Below, one piece after another: positions 10,827-22,134 of a stretch of 64,000 nt of DNA. Every line of letters starts with the position of its first letter. Positions within the stretch are counted from its first letter, which is position 1. The position numbers were made by a program, and so were the translations under genes. The DNA comes from Promethearchaeota archaeon Loki_b31 (GTDB lineage Archaea; Asgardarchaeota; Lokiarchaeia; Sigyniarchaeales; SOKP01), in assembly GCA_005222975.1 (NCBI GenBank), contig NJBI01000005.1, forward strand, positions 63,447 through 127,446. The letters are read 5' to 3'. The notes beneath the pieces are model-generated. The model had not been told where the DNA came from, made no database searches, and was given only the letters and a program-made list of their open reading frames with translations.

Positions 10827-11306
10827 ATGAACGAGAAAAAAGTAGAATTAAAGGTTGGAGAAACTGCTCCCGAATTTTGTCTTCCAGATAAAGATAACAA
10901 GGAAGTATGTCTAAAAGATTTCAAAGGTAAATATGTTATCGTATATTTTTATCCTAAAGATAATACTCCCGGCTGCACAATTGAGGCAATAGGTTTTACA
11001 GGGATTTTGCCCGAATTTCAAAAGCTAAACGCGGAAGTTATTGGTATAAGCCCTGATAGTCCCGAATCTCACGCTAAATTTATTGAAAAAAAGAATTTGA
11101 AAGTTATTTTGTTAAGTGATTTGGATAAAGAAGTATTAAAAAAATATGGAGCATGGGGATCAAAAGCTTATCGAGGTAAGACTTATTTGGGAGTTACTCG
11201 AAGTACTTATTTAGTAAATCCGGAAGGTAAAATTTCTTATATGTGGCCAAAAGTTAGAGTGAAAGGACATGTTGAAGAAGTTAAAGATATTTTAGCGGGT
11301 TTATAA
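10827..11306 (+). CDS. bcp: Peroxiredoxin, BCP/PrxQ type
   Basis: YFYPKDNTPGCTIEA motif. Confidence 0.92.
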   Translation: MNEKKVELKVGETAPEFCLPDKDNKEVCLKDFKGKYVIVYFYPKDNTPGCTIEAIGFTGILPEFQKLNAEVIGISPDSPESHAKFIEKKNLKVILLSDLDKEVLKKYGAWGSKAYRGKTYLGVTRSTYLVNPEGKISYMWPKVRVKGHVEEVKDILAGL

Positions 11307-11372
11307 ATAAAACCTTTAAAACATCTAAACATATTAAAATTAATTAAAATTAAAAGAGAATTAAGAATTTAC

Positions 11373-11813
11373 ATGATTGATAGAAAATTCATTGGCTACG
11401 AATTTACACCAAAAGAAATGGCTATTACTCGTTGGCGAATCTCTCAATTTGCTAACGCGATAAGGGAATCGAACTCAATTTATTACGACGTCAATGAAGC
11501 CAAAAATCAAGGTTTTAAAGACATACCTGTTCCTACTACTTTTTACACGAGGATGACCTTCTCAGATAATAACTTTTTTTCAACTTTGGGGATAGATTTT
11601 AGAAAATTATTAGATGGTGGCAGAGAAATTAAGTATTACTCTCAATGTTGTGCCGGAGATACCATTATATATCAAACCAAAGTCGAAAATATTGTTGAAA
11701 AGGAAGGAAAAAGAGGTAAAATGGATTTAATAACGGTGGTCACAAGTGGAAAAAACAAGGATACTGGAGAAAAGGTTTTTGATTTAATCATTTCATTAAT
11801 CGTGTTCCATTAA
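11373..11813 (+). CDS. MaoC-like dehydratase N-terminal (hot-dog) subunit
   Basis: FANAI.E.N.IYYD..EA...GF.DIP.P.TF; paired with next gene. Confidence 0.8.
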   Translation: MIDRKFIGYEFTPKEMAITRWRISQFANAIRESNSIYYDVNEAKNQGFKDIPVPTTFYTRMTFSDNNFFSTLGIDFRKLLDGGREIKYYSQCCAGDTIIYQTKVENIVEKEGKRGKMDLITVVTSGKNKDTGEKVFDLIISLIVFH

Positions 11814-11834
11814 ATTTAAAAGGTGATTTGAAAA

Positions 11835-12266
11835 TTGGATAAAGAAGATTTGTTTTTTGAAGATATTTCAACGGGAATGGAATTACCTACATCAAAAAGG
11901 GGACCAATTGTTCGACAACAATTAATAGATTACGCATCAGCATCTGGAGATTATAATAAAATTCATTACGACGAGGGGTTTGCGAAAATAGCTAAACTAC
12001 CTGGATGTATCGCCCATGGAATGCTTGTTATGTCAATAGTCGGGTCCCACATTACTGATTGGGCAAAGGGAGGGGTGTTAAAAGACTTCAAAATAAGGTT
12101 TGCTGGTATGACAAATGAGAACGATACTTTAATGTTAAAAGGAAAAGTATTGAAAAAATACTCTGAAAACGGCGAAAATCTGGTCGAAATTAGCGTTCTA
12201 AGCGAAACTCAAGACGAAAGAATTACAACGCAAGGTTCCGCAGTTATAGCCCTAAAAACAAAGTAA
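11835..12266 (+). CDS. MaoC family (R)-specific enoyl-CoA hydratase/dehydratase subunit
   Basis: YASASGDYNKIHYD and IAHGML hydratase motif. Confidence 0.88.
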   Translation: MDKEDLFFEDISTGMELPTSKRGPIVRQQLIDYASASGDYNKIHYDEGFAKIAKLPGCIAHGMLVMSIVGSHITDWAKGGVLKDFKIRFAGMTNENDTLMLKGKVLKKYSENGENLVEISVLSETQDERITTQGSAVIALKTK

Positions 12267-12471
12267 TTTTTATTTTTTCCTAATAATTTTTTTATGAATT
12301 ATTTATGTTCCAAATCAAAGAGTTATAACTCAAAATAATTCATTTAGAAAGTTAATATCTAATAAGGCGTATATTGATATTCTTTAAATATTTCTTAATT
12401 AATTAGGTTTCAATCATAAATGAAATCTTCAAATTTAAGGTTTTAAAATGTTTTTTTAAAGGTGTTGAAAT

Positions 12472-13041
12472 ATGGATGTAAAAATTGCGATTGAAAAAAG
12501 AAGAGCATATAGATCTCTTGAACTCGTTGAGATTTCCGACGAACTAATAGAAGATTTAGCCGGATCGGCGCGATTAGCGCCATCTTGTTTTAATAAACAG
12601 CCATGGAGATATGTATTTGTTCGCGATAAAGAGCAACTAGAAAAACTTCACAAGTCATTATCAATAACTAATAAGTGGGTAGAATTAGGTTCGTTAATTA
12701 TCGCTGTGTTTAGCGAAGTTAAAAATGATTGCGTTATCAAAGAGAGGCAATATTATCTTTTCGATACGGGTTTAGCGAGCGCTTTTATAATGCTTCGCGC
12801 TACAGAATTAGGTCTTGTTGCGCACCCTATCGCGGGTTTTAATGAAGATGCGGCGAAGAGAGTGCTTGGCATTCCAGAGCACATGCGATTAATTTCCTTA
12901 ATAGTAATTGGTAAACATTCTAAAGAATTTAAAGAAGAATTAACCGATATTCAAAAATCCAAAGAGGATCCAAGACCAGAAAGAAAGCAATTTAAAGAAT
13001 TCGTTTTCATAGATGAATTTACCAAACCGTTTAACAAGTAA
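12472..13041 (+). CDS. Nitroreductase family protein
   Basis: RRAYRS, APSCFNKQPW motifs. Confidence 0.88.
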   Translation: MDVKIAIEKRRAYRSLELVEISDELIEDLAGSARLAPSCFNKQPWRYVFVRDKEQLEKLHKSLSITNKWVELGSLIIAVFSEVKNDCVIKERQYYLFDTGLASAFIMLRATELGLVAHPIAGFNEDAAKRVLGIPEHMRLISLIVIGKHSKEFKEELTDIQKSKEDPRPERKQFKEFVFIDEFTKPFNK

Positions 13042-13047
13042 TAAAAG

Positions 13048-15177
13048 GTGAAAATCATAGAAGAAAACAAAAAACAAAAAGATGAGCATCAACTTAATAG
13101 AAAATTCAATAAATTAATAACTGAAAAAAGCCCTTATTTGCTGCAACACGCTGAGAATCCAGTAGATTGGTATCCTTGGGGAGAAGAGGCTTTTGAAAAA
13201 GCAAAGATGGAAGATAAACCGATATTTCTTTCAGTTGGCTACTCTACTTGCCATTGGTGCCATGTAATGGCACACGAATCTTTTGACGACCCTACTGTTG
13301 CTAAATTTATGAACGATGTTTTTGTATCTATTAAAGTCGACCGGGAAGAACGACCGGACATCGATAAAATATATATGACAGTCTGCCAAATTATGACTAA
13401 TTCCGGGGGTTGGCCACTAACGATTCTAATGACTCCAGATAAAAAACCTTTCTTTGCTGGCACATATTTTCCCAAAGAAAGCCGTTTTGGAAGAATTGGC
13501 TTAATTGATTTAATCAATCGCGTGAATGATTTGTGGAAAAACGAAAGAAAGGAGTTGTTAGCATCGAGCGAAAAAATAACATTTGCATTACAAGACATCA
13601 ACATTGAGTCTCCAGGAAGAAGTCTTGAAGAAAAAGTTATAGAAAACGCTTATTCTCGGTTAAGTATGCGATTTGACGAAAAGAGAGGTGGCTTTGGCAG
13701 CGCACCAAAATTTCCTTCTCCTCATAACTTATTATTCTTATTAAGATATTGGAAAAGAACAGAAGATAAAAACGCTTTAGATATGGTTGAAAGCACTCTT
13801 AAGGCTATGAGGCGAGGCGGTATTTATGATCAAATTGGTTTTGGATTTCATCGCTATTCTACTGATGTTAACTGGTTAGTACCTCATTTCGAGAAGATGC
13901 TGTATGATCAGGCCCTATTAGCGCTCAGCTATATAGAAACTTATCAAGCGACTGGAAATATTGAGTATGGAGACACTGCTAAAGAGATTTTTACATATGT
14001 TTTGCGAGATATGAGTTCTCCTGAAGGAGGATTCTATTCGGCCGAAGATGCGGATAGCGAAGGAGAAGAGGGAAAATTTTATGTTTGGACTAAAGAAGAA
14101 ATTGAAAATATCTTAGAAAAAGAGGATGCTGAGCTAATAGAAAGTATTTATAATGTTGAAACTAACGGTAATTATTTAGATGAAGCTACTAGAGCGAAGA
14201 CTGGCAAAAATATTCTTCATTTGAAGGTTGGTCTATCTGAGCTCGCTAACCCTCAAGACGAAAGTTTTCATAGTTCTATAGAATCTATGAGACAAAAGCT
14301 TTTCAATTCGCGAGAAACCCGAATTAAACCTCATCGGGACGATAAAATATTAACTGATTGGAATGGATTAATGATTGCCGCGTTAGCTAAAGGTGGTTTC
14401 GTATTGAATGAAGGAAAATACATTAAAGCCGCGAAAAAAGCCGTAACTTTCATCCTTAAAGATTTAAGGAGGTCAGATGGGCGTCTTTTACATAGGTATC
14501 GCGACAGGACTGCTGAAATTGATGCTTATGTAGACGATTATTCGTTTCTTATCTGGGGTTTAATTAATTTATATGAGGCTACTTTTGACACATTTTACCT
14601 AAAAACGGCAATAGATTTAACTGAAGACCAAATAAATCATTTTTGGGACTCGTTTATAGGGGGGTTCTTCTTTACTGCGGAAGACGGAGAAAAATTGTTA
14701 GCCCGTCAGAAAGAGATTTATGACGGTGCTATTCCTTCTGGAAACTCTGTTGCGATGTTGAACCTACTCAAATTAGCTCAACTAACAGGAAATCAAGATT
14801 ACGAGAAAAAAGCAGATCTCATCAGTCGAGTTTTTGCTGAAAACGTTCGAAAGTCGCCCGTAGCACACAATTTCCTTTTGACAGCCGTAGATTACGCCGT
14901 TGGACCGACTTATTCTCTTGTTATTGCAGGAGACACAGGCAATGAAGATACTAATGATATGTTGTCTGAAATAAAGAAACATTTTTTGCCTAATAAGTCG
15001 TTAATCTTTCGACCCACAGAAAAAACAAGTCCAGAAATAGATGAGTTTTCTAATTTCGTTCAATATTTTAACAAATTCGACGGAAAAGCTACTGCGTATG
15101 TATGCATTAATAAAACTTGTAAGACACCAACAAATGATGTGAATAAAGCTTTAGAATATTTGAGTTCAAAAGGATAA
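13048..15177 (+). CDS. Thioredoxin-domain protein, YyaL/SPATA20 (DUF255) family
   Basis: [51 protein letters not shown]. Confidence 0.92.
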   Translation: MKIIEENKKQKDEHQLNRKFNKLITEKSPYLLQHAENPVDWYPWGEEAFEKAKMEDKPIFLSVGYSTCHWCHVMAHESFDDPTVAKFMNDVFVSIKVDREERPDIDKIYMTVCQIMTNSGGWPLTILMTPDKKPFFAGTYFPKESRFGRIGLIDLINRVNDLWKNERKELLASSEKITFALQDINIESPGRSLEEKVIENAYSRLSMRFDEKRGGFGSAPKFPSPHNLLFLLRYWKRTEDKNALDMVESTLKAMRRGGIYDQIGFGFHRYSTDVNWLVPHFEKMLYDQALLALSYIETYQATGNIEYGDTAKEIFTYVLRDMSSPEGGFYSAEDADSEGEEGKFYVWTKEEIENILEKEDAELIESIYNVETNGNYLDEATRAKTGKNILHLKVGLSELANPQDESFHSSIESMRQKLFNSRETRIKPHRDDKILTDWNGLMIAALAKGGFVLNEGKYIKAAKKAVTFILKDLRRSDGRLLHRYRDRTAEIDAYVDDYSFLIWGLINLYEATFDTFYLKTAIDLTEDQINHFWDSFIGGFFFTAEDGEKLLARQKEIYDGAIPSGNSVAMLNLLKLAQLTGNQDYEKKADLISRVFAENVRKSPVAHNFLLTAVDYAVGPTYSLVIAGDTGNEDTNDMLSEIKKHFLPNKSLIFRPTEKTSPEIDEFSNFVQYFNKFDGKATAYVCINKTCKTPTNDVNKALEYLSSKG

Positions 15178-15252
15178 CCAATTTGGAATAAAAAGAGTGA
15201 GATATTATTTCAACTTTTTCAAAAGTAGGGACCTAAAAAAAAGATTTAGAGC

Positions 15253-15621
15253 TTATTTTATTTTTGACGAGACGAGTTTTTCCATTTCATTAATTGATGC
15301 TACTTTATCCATCTCTTCTTGCGTTATCAATAACTTTAGAGTACCGTTCTTTATAAGATAAGCAGAAGGATATTTAGCATCTTGAATGTCATACTTATTC
15401 AAAAATTCGTCCTTATGCAGAAATTCAGTCTCTATGTTTAATGTGTCAAGAAAAGATTTCCATTCTTTCTTCATACCGAAGGGGCTGAATGTTTGGGCAC
15501 AAAGATTACATTTATAAGTACTTGGTCTTAAAGCCTTATGCCAGAAATCTTTTACAGTATTTATCATTCCCGAATCTGCATTATAAATAAAAACCAACTT
15601 TTCTATGTTATTTTCGCTCAT
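15253..15621 (-). CDS. Conserved hypothetical protein
   Basis: LVFIYNADSG...HK...Y.CNLC pattern; likely start MSENNIEK at 15621. Confidence 0.65.
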   Translation of the reverse strand: MSENNIEKLVFIYNADSGMINTVKDFWHKALRPSTYKCNLCAQTFSPFGMKKEWKSFLDTLNIETEFLHKDEFLNKYDIQDAKYPSAYLIKNGTLKLLITQEEMDKVASINEMEKLVSSKIK

Positions 15622-15758
15622 TATAATTACCCGTGATAAACAAAACCTATCTAAATAATTAGAAATCAACTGAAAATTTTAATCTGTTCCTTATTATTCA
15701 TAAATTTTAGTGATAAATTGAAATAATTTATTTGAATTATGTTGAGATTTTTTTCCTT

Positions 15759-16145
15759 TTATTTATCAATAAACATTTCTCTTATCTTTTCCATTCTTTT
15801 TCTATTAACTCCCATGTCGCTGTGACCTGACCTTGCGCGAGAACGAAACTGGATAATCTTTTCACTATCATCAAAAAGAAATTCCACATCATCGACAAAC
15901 TTGAATGTAGCTGTTCGAACTTCGGCATGAATGTAATTTTCCGTATTTGTTATTATCTTGGTTCTTTTCAATGAGTTTAAGATTTTAATTATTTTTTCTT
16001 TCGCTTCACTCATCGTCCCAGAATAACTAATAGGACTTATTTTGTGTTTAGCGTCTGTAGCTTGAGTAGAGACGCAGTTTGGTGTATTTGGACACGGATA
16101 AAACTTTCCATCGACTATACCAACTGGTTTTTGTGTTTTTACCAT
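15759..16145 (-). CDS. DUF1499 family protein
   Basis: PCPNTPNCVSTQ, FVDDVEF, SDMGVNRKR. Confidence 0.88.
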   Translation of the reverse strand: MVKTQKPVGIVDGKFYPCPNTPNCVSTQATDAKHKISPISYSGTMSEAKEKIIKILNSLKRTKIITNTENYIHAEVRTATFKFVDDVEFLFDDSEKIIQFRSRARSGHSDMGVNRKRMEKIREMFIDK

Positions 16146-16279
16146 TATTTAACCACCATCATTAATATACTTAATAAAATAAGATAAAAATAGGTTTAAA
16201 TTAATTCTGGTTTTAGATTAAAAAGAAACAAGATATATAGCTTAAAGTAATAATCAAAAATCTCGATCTATATTATATT

Positions 16280-17590
16280 TTAAACGCTTAAAATTTCCTT
16301 AATGAGTTCAATTATTCTTTCTTTATCAAAAATAGCAGTATTCCCAATTTCTTTAAAATTTAAAATTTGATCATGGTAATGTTCTTCAAAATGATTTAAA
16401 AAATATGCTAACCTCTCTTTTAAACTCTGACTGGCAGGTCTTGAGAGAAATAGTGCTAATTTAATGTGTTCTCCATAGACAGCATGAATATAGAAACCTT
16501 TGTAATTAATTTCATTCATTGATGTAGTTCCGCCTATTTCTGAAACAAATGAATCCATTGCTGATAAGAATCCAGAAACTAATTCTTTATCCATTGGAAT
16601 TTCCTCGCTGGAATGCGCTATCATAGCTAAACCAGAAGTCTTTTCAATAATCAGTAGTGTTCTAAACAAGTCTTTATATTTTGGCTTTGCGCTTACAGCG
16701 TGTTCTTCCATAATTAATTTTTCCTTTGGAAAAAGCTCAAACATTACAAAATATTTCGGATTGTACGACTCGTTTTCTTTGAAATAATACTCAGAAATTT
16801 TAGCTAACTGTGAAGGTGTTCTTATTGGTTCGTGAGGTAATTTCTTGATATATTCGTCTCGAATTGAGGAATCATGATTTTTTGATTTTTTACCTTTAAT
16901 AATTCCTAAGATTTTTTGGTGAATTGGATCAATTACATACATCCACACATTCAAATTTATCATATCACTCTTGATTCTTTCATAACCGATATTGCAAACT
17001 CCTCGAGGCGTTGTCACAAAAACCGACCATATAGCTACTTTTGACGCTTCGTTAATTAGGTAAAAAGTTTCTTTATAGTTCTCTTCTGTCATTTCTGCTC
17101 CTGTTCTTACAAATACGGCCTCAGTTCTCAGAAAAGGCTTTTTCTTAATTAAGTATAAATCTAACGAAAAATCTTTGATATCAGCCGTATTGAATACAGA
17201 AATTCCATAGTCAGCACAGTAATCAGCAAACGCATCGATAAGTTCTTGTTTAGATATGAAATCAAACCTTGTTAAATAATCGCTTAATTTTTCATCGGTA
17301 ATTATAAAATTTCCAATGTATTCAATGGGACTCTTAAATTGTTTTTTAAGCGTTGGACTTTTTTGATATTGTTTATAAAAATGAATACTAATGTGATCAA
17401 GTATTTCGAGTTTTGATAAATTTTGTTCTTCTGGAAGTGGAATGTTGTGTCTGTTCATAAATCCGTAAATTTCTTTAAACCGACTTCTAACAATAAGACA
17501 ATTTAGACATATAATTCCCCTCTTACCTTCGCTATCACTTCTTATAATCTTTAAAAATTCTTCTGCTTCAGTTAATTTTTCAGAACTCAT
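16280..17590 (-). CDS. Hypothetical protein with C-terminal longin-like domain
   Basis: C-terminal LLIIEKTSGL...LVSGFLSAMDSFVSEIG segment typical of longin-like folds; N-terminal CxxC. Confidence 0.6.
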   Translation of the reverse strand: MSSEKLTEAEEFLKIIRSDSEGKRGIICLNCLIVRSRFKEIYGFMNRHNIPLPEEQNLSKLEILDHISIHFYKQYQKSPTLKKQFKSPIEYIGNFIITDEKLSDYLTRFDFISKQELIDAFADYCADYGISVFNTADIKDFSLDLYLIKKKPFLRTEAVFVRTGAEMTEENYKETFYLINEASKVAIWSVFVTTPRGVCNIGYERIKSDMINLNVWMYVIDPIHQKILGIIKGKKSKNHDSSIRDEYIKKLPHEPIRTPSQLAKISEYYFKENESYNPKYFVMFELFPKEKLIMEEHAVSAKPKYKDLFRTLLIIEKTSGLAMIAHSSEEIPMDKELVSGFLSAMDSFVSEIGGTTSMNEINYKGFYIHAVYGEHIKLALFLSRPASQSLKERLAYFLNHFEEHYHDQILNFKEIGNTAIFDKERIIELIKEILSV

Positions 17591-17760
17591 TAGTGATATA
17601 TTATCTTTTGAGTTTTAAAATATTTTTATAATAATCTAAAAATAGCAGAAATAGTGAATTAGTTGTCGAAATGTTTTTTTAAGCGTCTATGATTTCTTTT
17701 ATTAGATAAATTATTTAAACCAAAAGAAACATTGTATTAAATTTAAAAGTAAATTGGGGA

Positions 17761-18390
17761 CTATGAATTAAAGATTTTGTATGCGTCTCTCAACCTTAAT
17801 AGCGCTGTAAGGAATACTAAAGCTGTAAAAATCCACAAAATAATCAAACGCCATGGGATTAAGACAATTAACGCTAATAAAAAAAAAAATGTTTCAGATC
17901 GCTCCATCAATCCACTTTGATATGTGATTACTTTTGAATTACTTTCTAAATTGTCTCTTTTAATAATTCCTCCTACAACAAGAAACATAGAGATACACAA
18001 AACGATGGCAGCTAAAGAAAACAAACCCGGCCAAATTAGATTCGTAGGGTCTGTTGTTACTATCGCAATTATTATGGAAATCTCGACGAGCCGATCGCAA
18101 AATATATCTAATATCCCTCCAAAAATAGTAGGACCCTCTAATCTTGCTATAGAGCCATCAAGTGTATCAATAAAAAAAGAAACGGTCATAACAATTGCGG
18201 AGCATACCATAAATGATATTGTTAATGCAAAGAATATACCACTAAGGTATATCAAAAATGAGCTTACTAAACCAAAAACCAACCCAAGAATAGTAAGTTG
18301 ATTAGCAGATATCTTCCCAAAAAAGACTTTCTTTACAAATTTCTCGTATGCTTCTTTAAATTTCGTTTTAGAGAGCCAACTATCAATCAT
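17761..18390 (-). CDS. CDP-alcohol phosphatidyltransferase family protein
   Basis: DTLDGSIAR...GGILDIFCDR signature, SANQLT. Confidence 0.9.
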   Translation of the reverse strand: MIDSWLSKTKFKEAYEKFVKKVFFGKISANQLTILGLVFGLVSSFLIYLSGIFFALTISFMVCSAIVMTVSFFIDTLDGSIARLEGPTIFGGILDIFCDRLVEISIIIAIVTTDPTNLIWPGLFSLAAIVLCISMFLVVGGIIKRDNLESNSKVITYQSGLMERSETFFFLLALIVLIPWRLIILWIFTALVFLTALLRLRDAYKIFNS

Positions 18391-18482
18391 AAATAAATTA
18401 ATGTTTTTTGTATGTTTTTTAGTCTACTAATACAATGTTTTTTATCTAAATAAAAATTGCATTAAAAACGAGTTGTAATTAT

Positions 18483-19088
18483 TCAGATCACTACATTAAA
18501 TTTTTTTAATTCTTTGCGTAAATCCGTATGAGGGCGGTTCCAAATAGTACTTATACCTAGCTTTTTTGCTGGCTTCAAAAAAAACAAGATATCGTCGATA
18601 AATAAACTCTCTTCTGGAATTAATTGGTAGCGTCTAAGTAAAGATTCGTATATCACTTTATCTGGTTTAATAACTTTTTCTTCTCCAGAAATTATTTGAC
18701 CGTCGAATATCGTAAAAAAATCGAATTTTTCTTTTACAAATATAAACGCTTCCTTAATGTAATTTGACAAAATATAGGTTTTATATCCTGACTTGCTTAA
18801 ATCCAATAAAATATTAATATTTTCCTCAATTGGAGTAAGCATTTCCATCCAATGATTAAAAAATAGCGAAATAAGCTCTTTTTCTTCAGGATATTTAGAT
18901 ATAAAAATAATCTCCGCGTTTTCTAACGACTCTAAACCTCTATCTAAATCTAACCACAATTTACTACGGGTGATCTTTGGAACGAATTGCTTAATGTATT
19001 CTTTATCGCTCGTAAACTGTAATAAAAATTCTTCGGGTTTGAATCTCAGTAGAACGTTTCCTAAATCGAAAATAATGTTCTTTATCAT
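18483..19088 (-). CDS. HAD-superfamily phosphatase
   Basis: IIFDLGNVL, LSN, KPD, FIDD. Confidence 0.9.
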   Translation of the reverse strand: MIKNIIFDLGNVLLRFKPEEFLLQFTSDKEYIKQFVPKITRSKLWLDLDRGLESLENAEIIFISKYPEEKELISLFFNHWMEMLTPIEENINILLDLSKSGYKTYILSNYIKEAFIFVKEKFDFFTIFDGQIISGEEKVIKPDKVIYESLLRRYQLIPEESLFIDDILFFLKPAKKLGISTIWNRPHTDLRKELKKFNVVI

Positions 19089-19151
19089 ATCTCAACAAAT
19101 AAAAGTAGTAAGAATAAAAAAATTTTAACTAAATATTATTAATATTTAGAA

Positions 19152-21170
19152 TTATTTTCCTCCATTTTCAATGGGAGGTTGTTTTACTGCAAAATTAATT
19201 ATCGAATTGAGTTGAATATCAGTAAAATGATTTTGAACCATGGCTCCGGAAGGGCATGCGGACACGCAAGTTCCACATCCTTTACATAGAGCTGAGTTCA
19301 CAACAGCAATCTTTTTAAATTCATCAAAATCTATAGCGCTAAATGGGCATAGGGATTGACAAGTTCTACAGCCTGAACATAAGTGATCCAATACAACGGA
19401 ATAATACGGTTCAATTTCGACTTCTCCTTGGGCCATTAACGCTGATGCGCTTGAAGCAGCTCCTTTTGCTTGAGCTACCGCGTCAGGGATATCTTTCGGT
19501 CCTTGAGCGACTCCTGCAATAAAAATACCCTCGGTTAAGGTATCTACGGGTCTAAGTTTTGGATGAGCTTCCATAAAGAATCCATCTTCGGATCGCTGAA
19601 CGCTTAATAATGAAGCCACTTTGTCTGCGTCTGCCATAGCTTCTAACCCAACAGATAAAACAAACATATCGACTGTTAACTCTATTGGAGTTTGCATTAA
19701 AGTGTCTTCAGCTCTAATTACAATGTTATGCTCTTTATCTTCCCAAACTTCAGCAATTCGTCCTCTAATATAATTTATTCCGTAGTTTTCTGCAGCAGAT
19801 TCGTAAAATTCTTCGTATCCCCTACCAAATGCCCGTATATCCATGTAAAATATATATACATCACTTTCTGGATGTTTCTCTTTATATTGTCTCGCTTGTT
19901 TTGTGGCGTACATGCAACAAACTCTAGAACAATATTTATTTCCACCTTCTCTAAAGTTTCTGCTTCCAACACATTGGAGAAAGGCAATGCTGTGCGGGGC
20001 TTTGAGATCTGAAGGTCGAACTGGCTTTCCTAATACAGGTCCATATGAACTTAATAACCGTTCCATCTGAAACGCTGTGATAACATTAGGGTATCTACCA
20101 TATCCGTATTGCTTGAGTGGAGTTGGGTCGTAAGGATCCCATCCTGTAGCAATAATTATAGTGCCTACCTTTACCTTAAGATACTCTGGCTTATCATCGT
20201 ATCTAATTGCGTCTGGTTCACAAACATCAGGACGTGCACAAATCCCGCATTGGATACAATTCTCCATATCAATAGTGTATTCTCCTGGTACCGCTTGTGG
20301 AAATGGAATATATATAGCTTTTCTAGGGGCTAATCCAAGTTCAAATTCATTACCAACTGATACTGGGCAAGGCTCAACGCAAGCACCGCACCCTGTACAA
20401 GCTTCTTGATCGACGTAATGTGGTTTTTTCATTATGGTAACTTCAAAATTACCAACATAACCTGCGACATCTACAACCTCCGAATAAGTAAGAAGTTCGA
20501 TATTTTTTTCTCGGGCAACATCAACCATCCGTGGGGTGATGATACAAGCCGAACAGTCCATAGTTGGGAATGTTTTATCAAGTTGGGCCATATGGCCACC
20601 AATAGTCGGAGTTCTTTCGACAAGATAAACTTTATATCCTTCTTTGGCTAAATCTATAGCGGAATTCATTCCAGCGATCCCCGCTCCAATAATTAAGCAT
20701 GAAGGTTCTACACTTACTTTTTGAACTTCTAAAGGTAATAACATCCTTGCTTTCGCAACTGCCATTCTGATATGGTCTTGAGCAATTATATAGGCACCTT
20801 CAGAGTCATTCATGTTTACCCAAGTAGCGTGTTCACGTATGTTTGCCATTTCGAATAAAAATTGATTCAACCCAGCTTCCTTGCAGACTAACCTAAACGT
20901 TGGTTCGTGCATTCTAGGGGAACATGCAGCAACAACTACACGATTGATTAAACCCGCTTCAATATCCTCTTTAATAGTATTTTGACCGTTATCTGAACAC
21001 ATAAATTTATATTCGCGTGCTAACACCACATCGGGAAGACTTAATGCGTAGTCCTTAAGTGCGTATACATCAACCACACCAGCAATATTAATACCGCAAT
21101 GGCATACATAAACTCCAATTTTTGGTCTCGTTTTTCTCGTAACCTTTATTTTCTTTTCACTTTCCGTCAT
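19152..21170 (-). CDS. hdrA: Heterodisulfide reductase subunit A (Cys form)
   Basis: YVCHCGINI, ACSPRMHE, GAGIAG, DKTFPTMDCSAC, QCVGSR, CSRVCCMY, ferredoxin motifs; no in-frame UGA. Confidence 0.96.
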   Translation of the reverse strand: MTESEKKIKVTRKTRPKIGVYVCHCGINIAGVVDVYALKDYALSLPDVVLAREYKFMCSDNGQNTIKEDIEAGLINRVVVAACSPRMHEPTFRLVCKEAGLNQFLFEMANIREHATWVNMNDSEGAYIIAQDHIRMAVAKARMLLPLEVQKVSVEPSCLIIGAGIAGMNSAIDLAKEGYKVYLVERTPTIGGHMAQLDKTFPTMDCSACIITPRMVDVAREKNIELLTYSEVVDVAGYVGNFEVTIMKKPHYVDQEACTGCGACVEPCPVSVGNEFELGLAPRKAIYIPFPQAVPGEYTIDMENCIQCGICARPDVCEPDAIRYDDKPEYLKVKVGTIIIATGWDPYDPTPLKQYGYGRYPNVITAFQMERLLSSYGPVLGKPVRPSDLKAPHSIAFLQCVGSRNFREGGNKYCSRVCCMYATKQARQYKEKHPESDVYIFYMDIRAFGRGYEEFYESAAENYGINYIRGRIAEVWEDKEHNIVIRAEDTLMQTPIELTVDMFVLSVGLEAMADADKVASLLSVQRSEDGFFMEAHPKLRPVDTLTEGIFIAGVAQGPKDIPDAVAQAKGAASSASALMAQGEVEIEPYYSVVLDHLCSGCRTCQSLCPFSAIDFDEFKKIAVVNSALCKGCGTCVSACPSGAMVQNHFTDIQLNSIINFAVKQPPIENGGK

Positions 21171-21182
21171 TTTTCATCCCTC

Positions 21183-22133
21183 CTAAATTAATTGCTCCTT
21201 TACCATATCTAAAAAAGGTTGTATGGAAATAAATGGGCTCACGCCTTTTAGATCGTGGTTCTTTATGAGTCCAAGTCTACTAGGATCCATTCCCATGGCG
21301 ACGCCTAGCAACTGCGTAATATAAATTACAGGAATATGGAATTGTTCTCCAATTATATCTTTATAGAAATTGTTAACTTCGAGCTGCCCTAGATCTAATT
21401 GAAGATGGCAGAAGGGGCAGCAATTTACTATGATATCTGCGCCAGCTTCCCTCATGTTAACCAGTTTCTCACGCGTAAAATCGGCTGCGACTTCTTTCAC
21501 GGCTGTTCTGACGGCTCCACCAGCACCACAGCACATAAACTTTTCCTTATATTCAATACTAGTTGCCCCAGTAAGCTCAACTATCTCGTCAAGGAAAGTG
21601 GGATTCTCATATTCTCCATCCCATGGACGCTTATCGCTAGGTTTAACGATGTGACATCCATAATGCACTGCAACTTTTAAATCTTTAAATTTATGCTTAA
21701 TAAAACCTCTAATGTATTCTTTCCCCATATCTAAGTATAAAGCTTGAATGACGTGTTTTGGCTCAAAATTACCTTTATATTCTTTCCCTATTTTAGCAAG
21801 GAGTTTGTTTATGTGTTTTTTTTCTTCCTTGTCATGTTCTAAGTCCCACCAAGCGTCGCGTAGCGTGCCGTAACACCCATTACACCCTGTTATTAGACTT
21901 ACGCCCAACTCTTCAGCTATTGCTATATTACGAGCAGCAATAACGAGCCAAGTAGGAATATGAAACCCCCTAAATACTCCAGGGGCAGGACAACACGACG
22001 CTCCAAGCATGTCCAACAGTTCTGCTCCTAGTTCTTCGAAAACATCGCGTATACTACGTTCTATCATTGGATATCTATTTGGAATAACGCATCCTAAAAA
22101 AAAAGCGTATCTCCAATCTTTTTGTTCGCTCAC
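21183..22133 (-). CDS. hdrB: Heterodisulfide reductase subunit B
   Basis: Two CCG domains (FLGC, SCCPAPG, CNGC, HYGCH, CCGAGG, CPFC). Confidence 0.94.
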   Translation of the reverse strand: MSEQKDWRYAFFLGCVIPNRYPMIERSIRDVFEELGAELLDMLGASCCPAPGVFRGFHIPTWLVIAARNIAIAEELGVSLITGCNGCYGTLRDAWWDLEHDKEEKKHINKLLAKIGKEYKGNFEPKHVIQALYLDMGKEYIRGFIKHKFKDLKVAVHYGCHIVKPSDKRPWDGEYENPTFLDEIVELTGATSIEYKEKFMCCGAGGAVRTAVKEVAADFTREKLVNMREAGADIIVNCCPFCHLQLDLGQLEVNNFYKDIIGEQFHIPVIYITQLLGVAMGMDPSRLGLIKNHDLKGVSPFISIQPFLDMVKEQLI

Positions 22134-22134
22134 T

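Noticed and set aside
19152-21170. Selenocysteine in HdrA, BCP (10827-11306) or the visible part of MvhD (1-129)
   Set aside because: All are open frames with Cys codons at the relevant motifs
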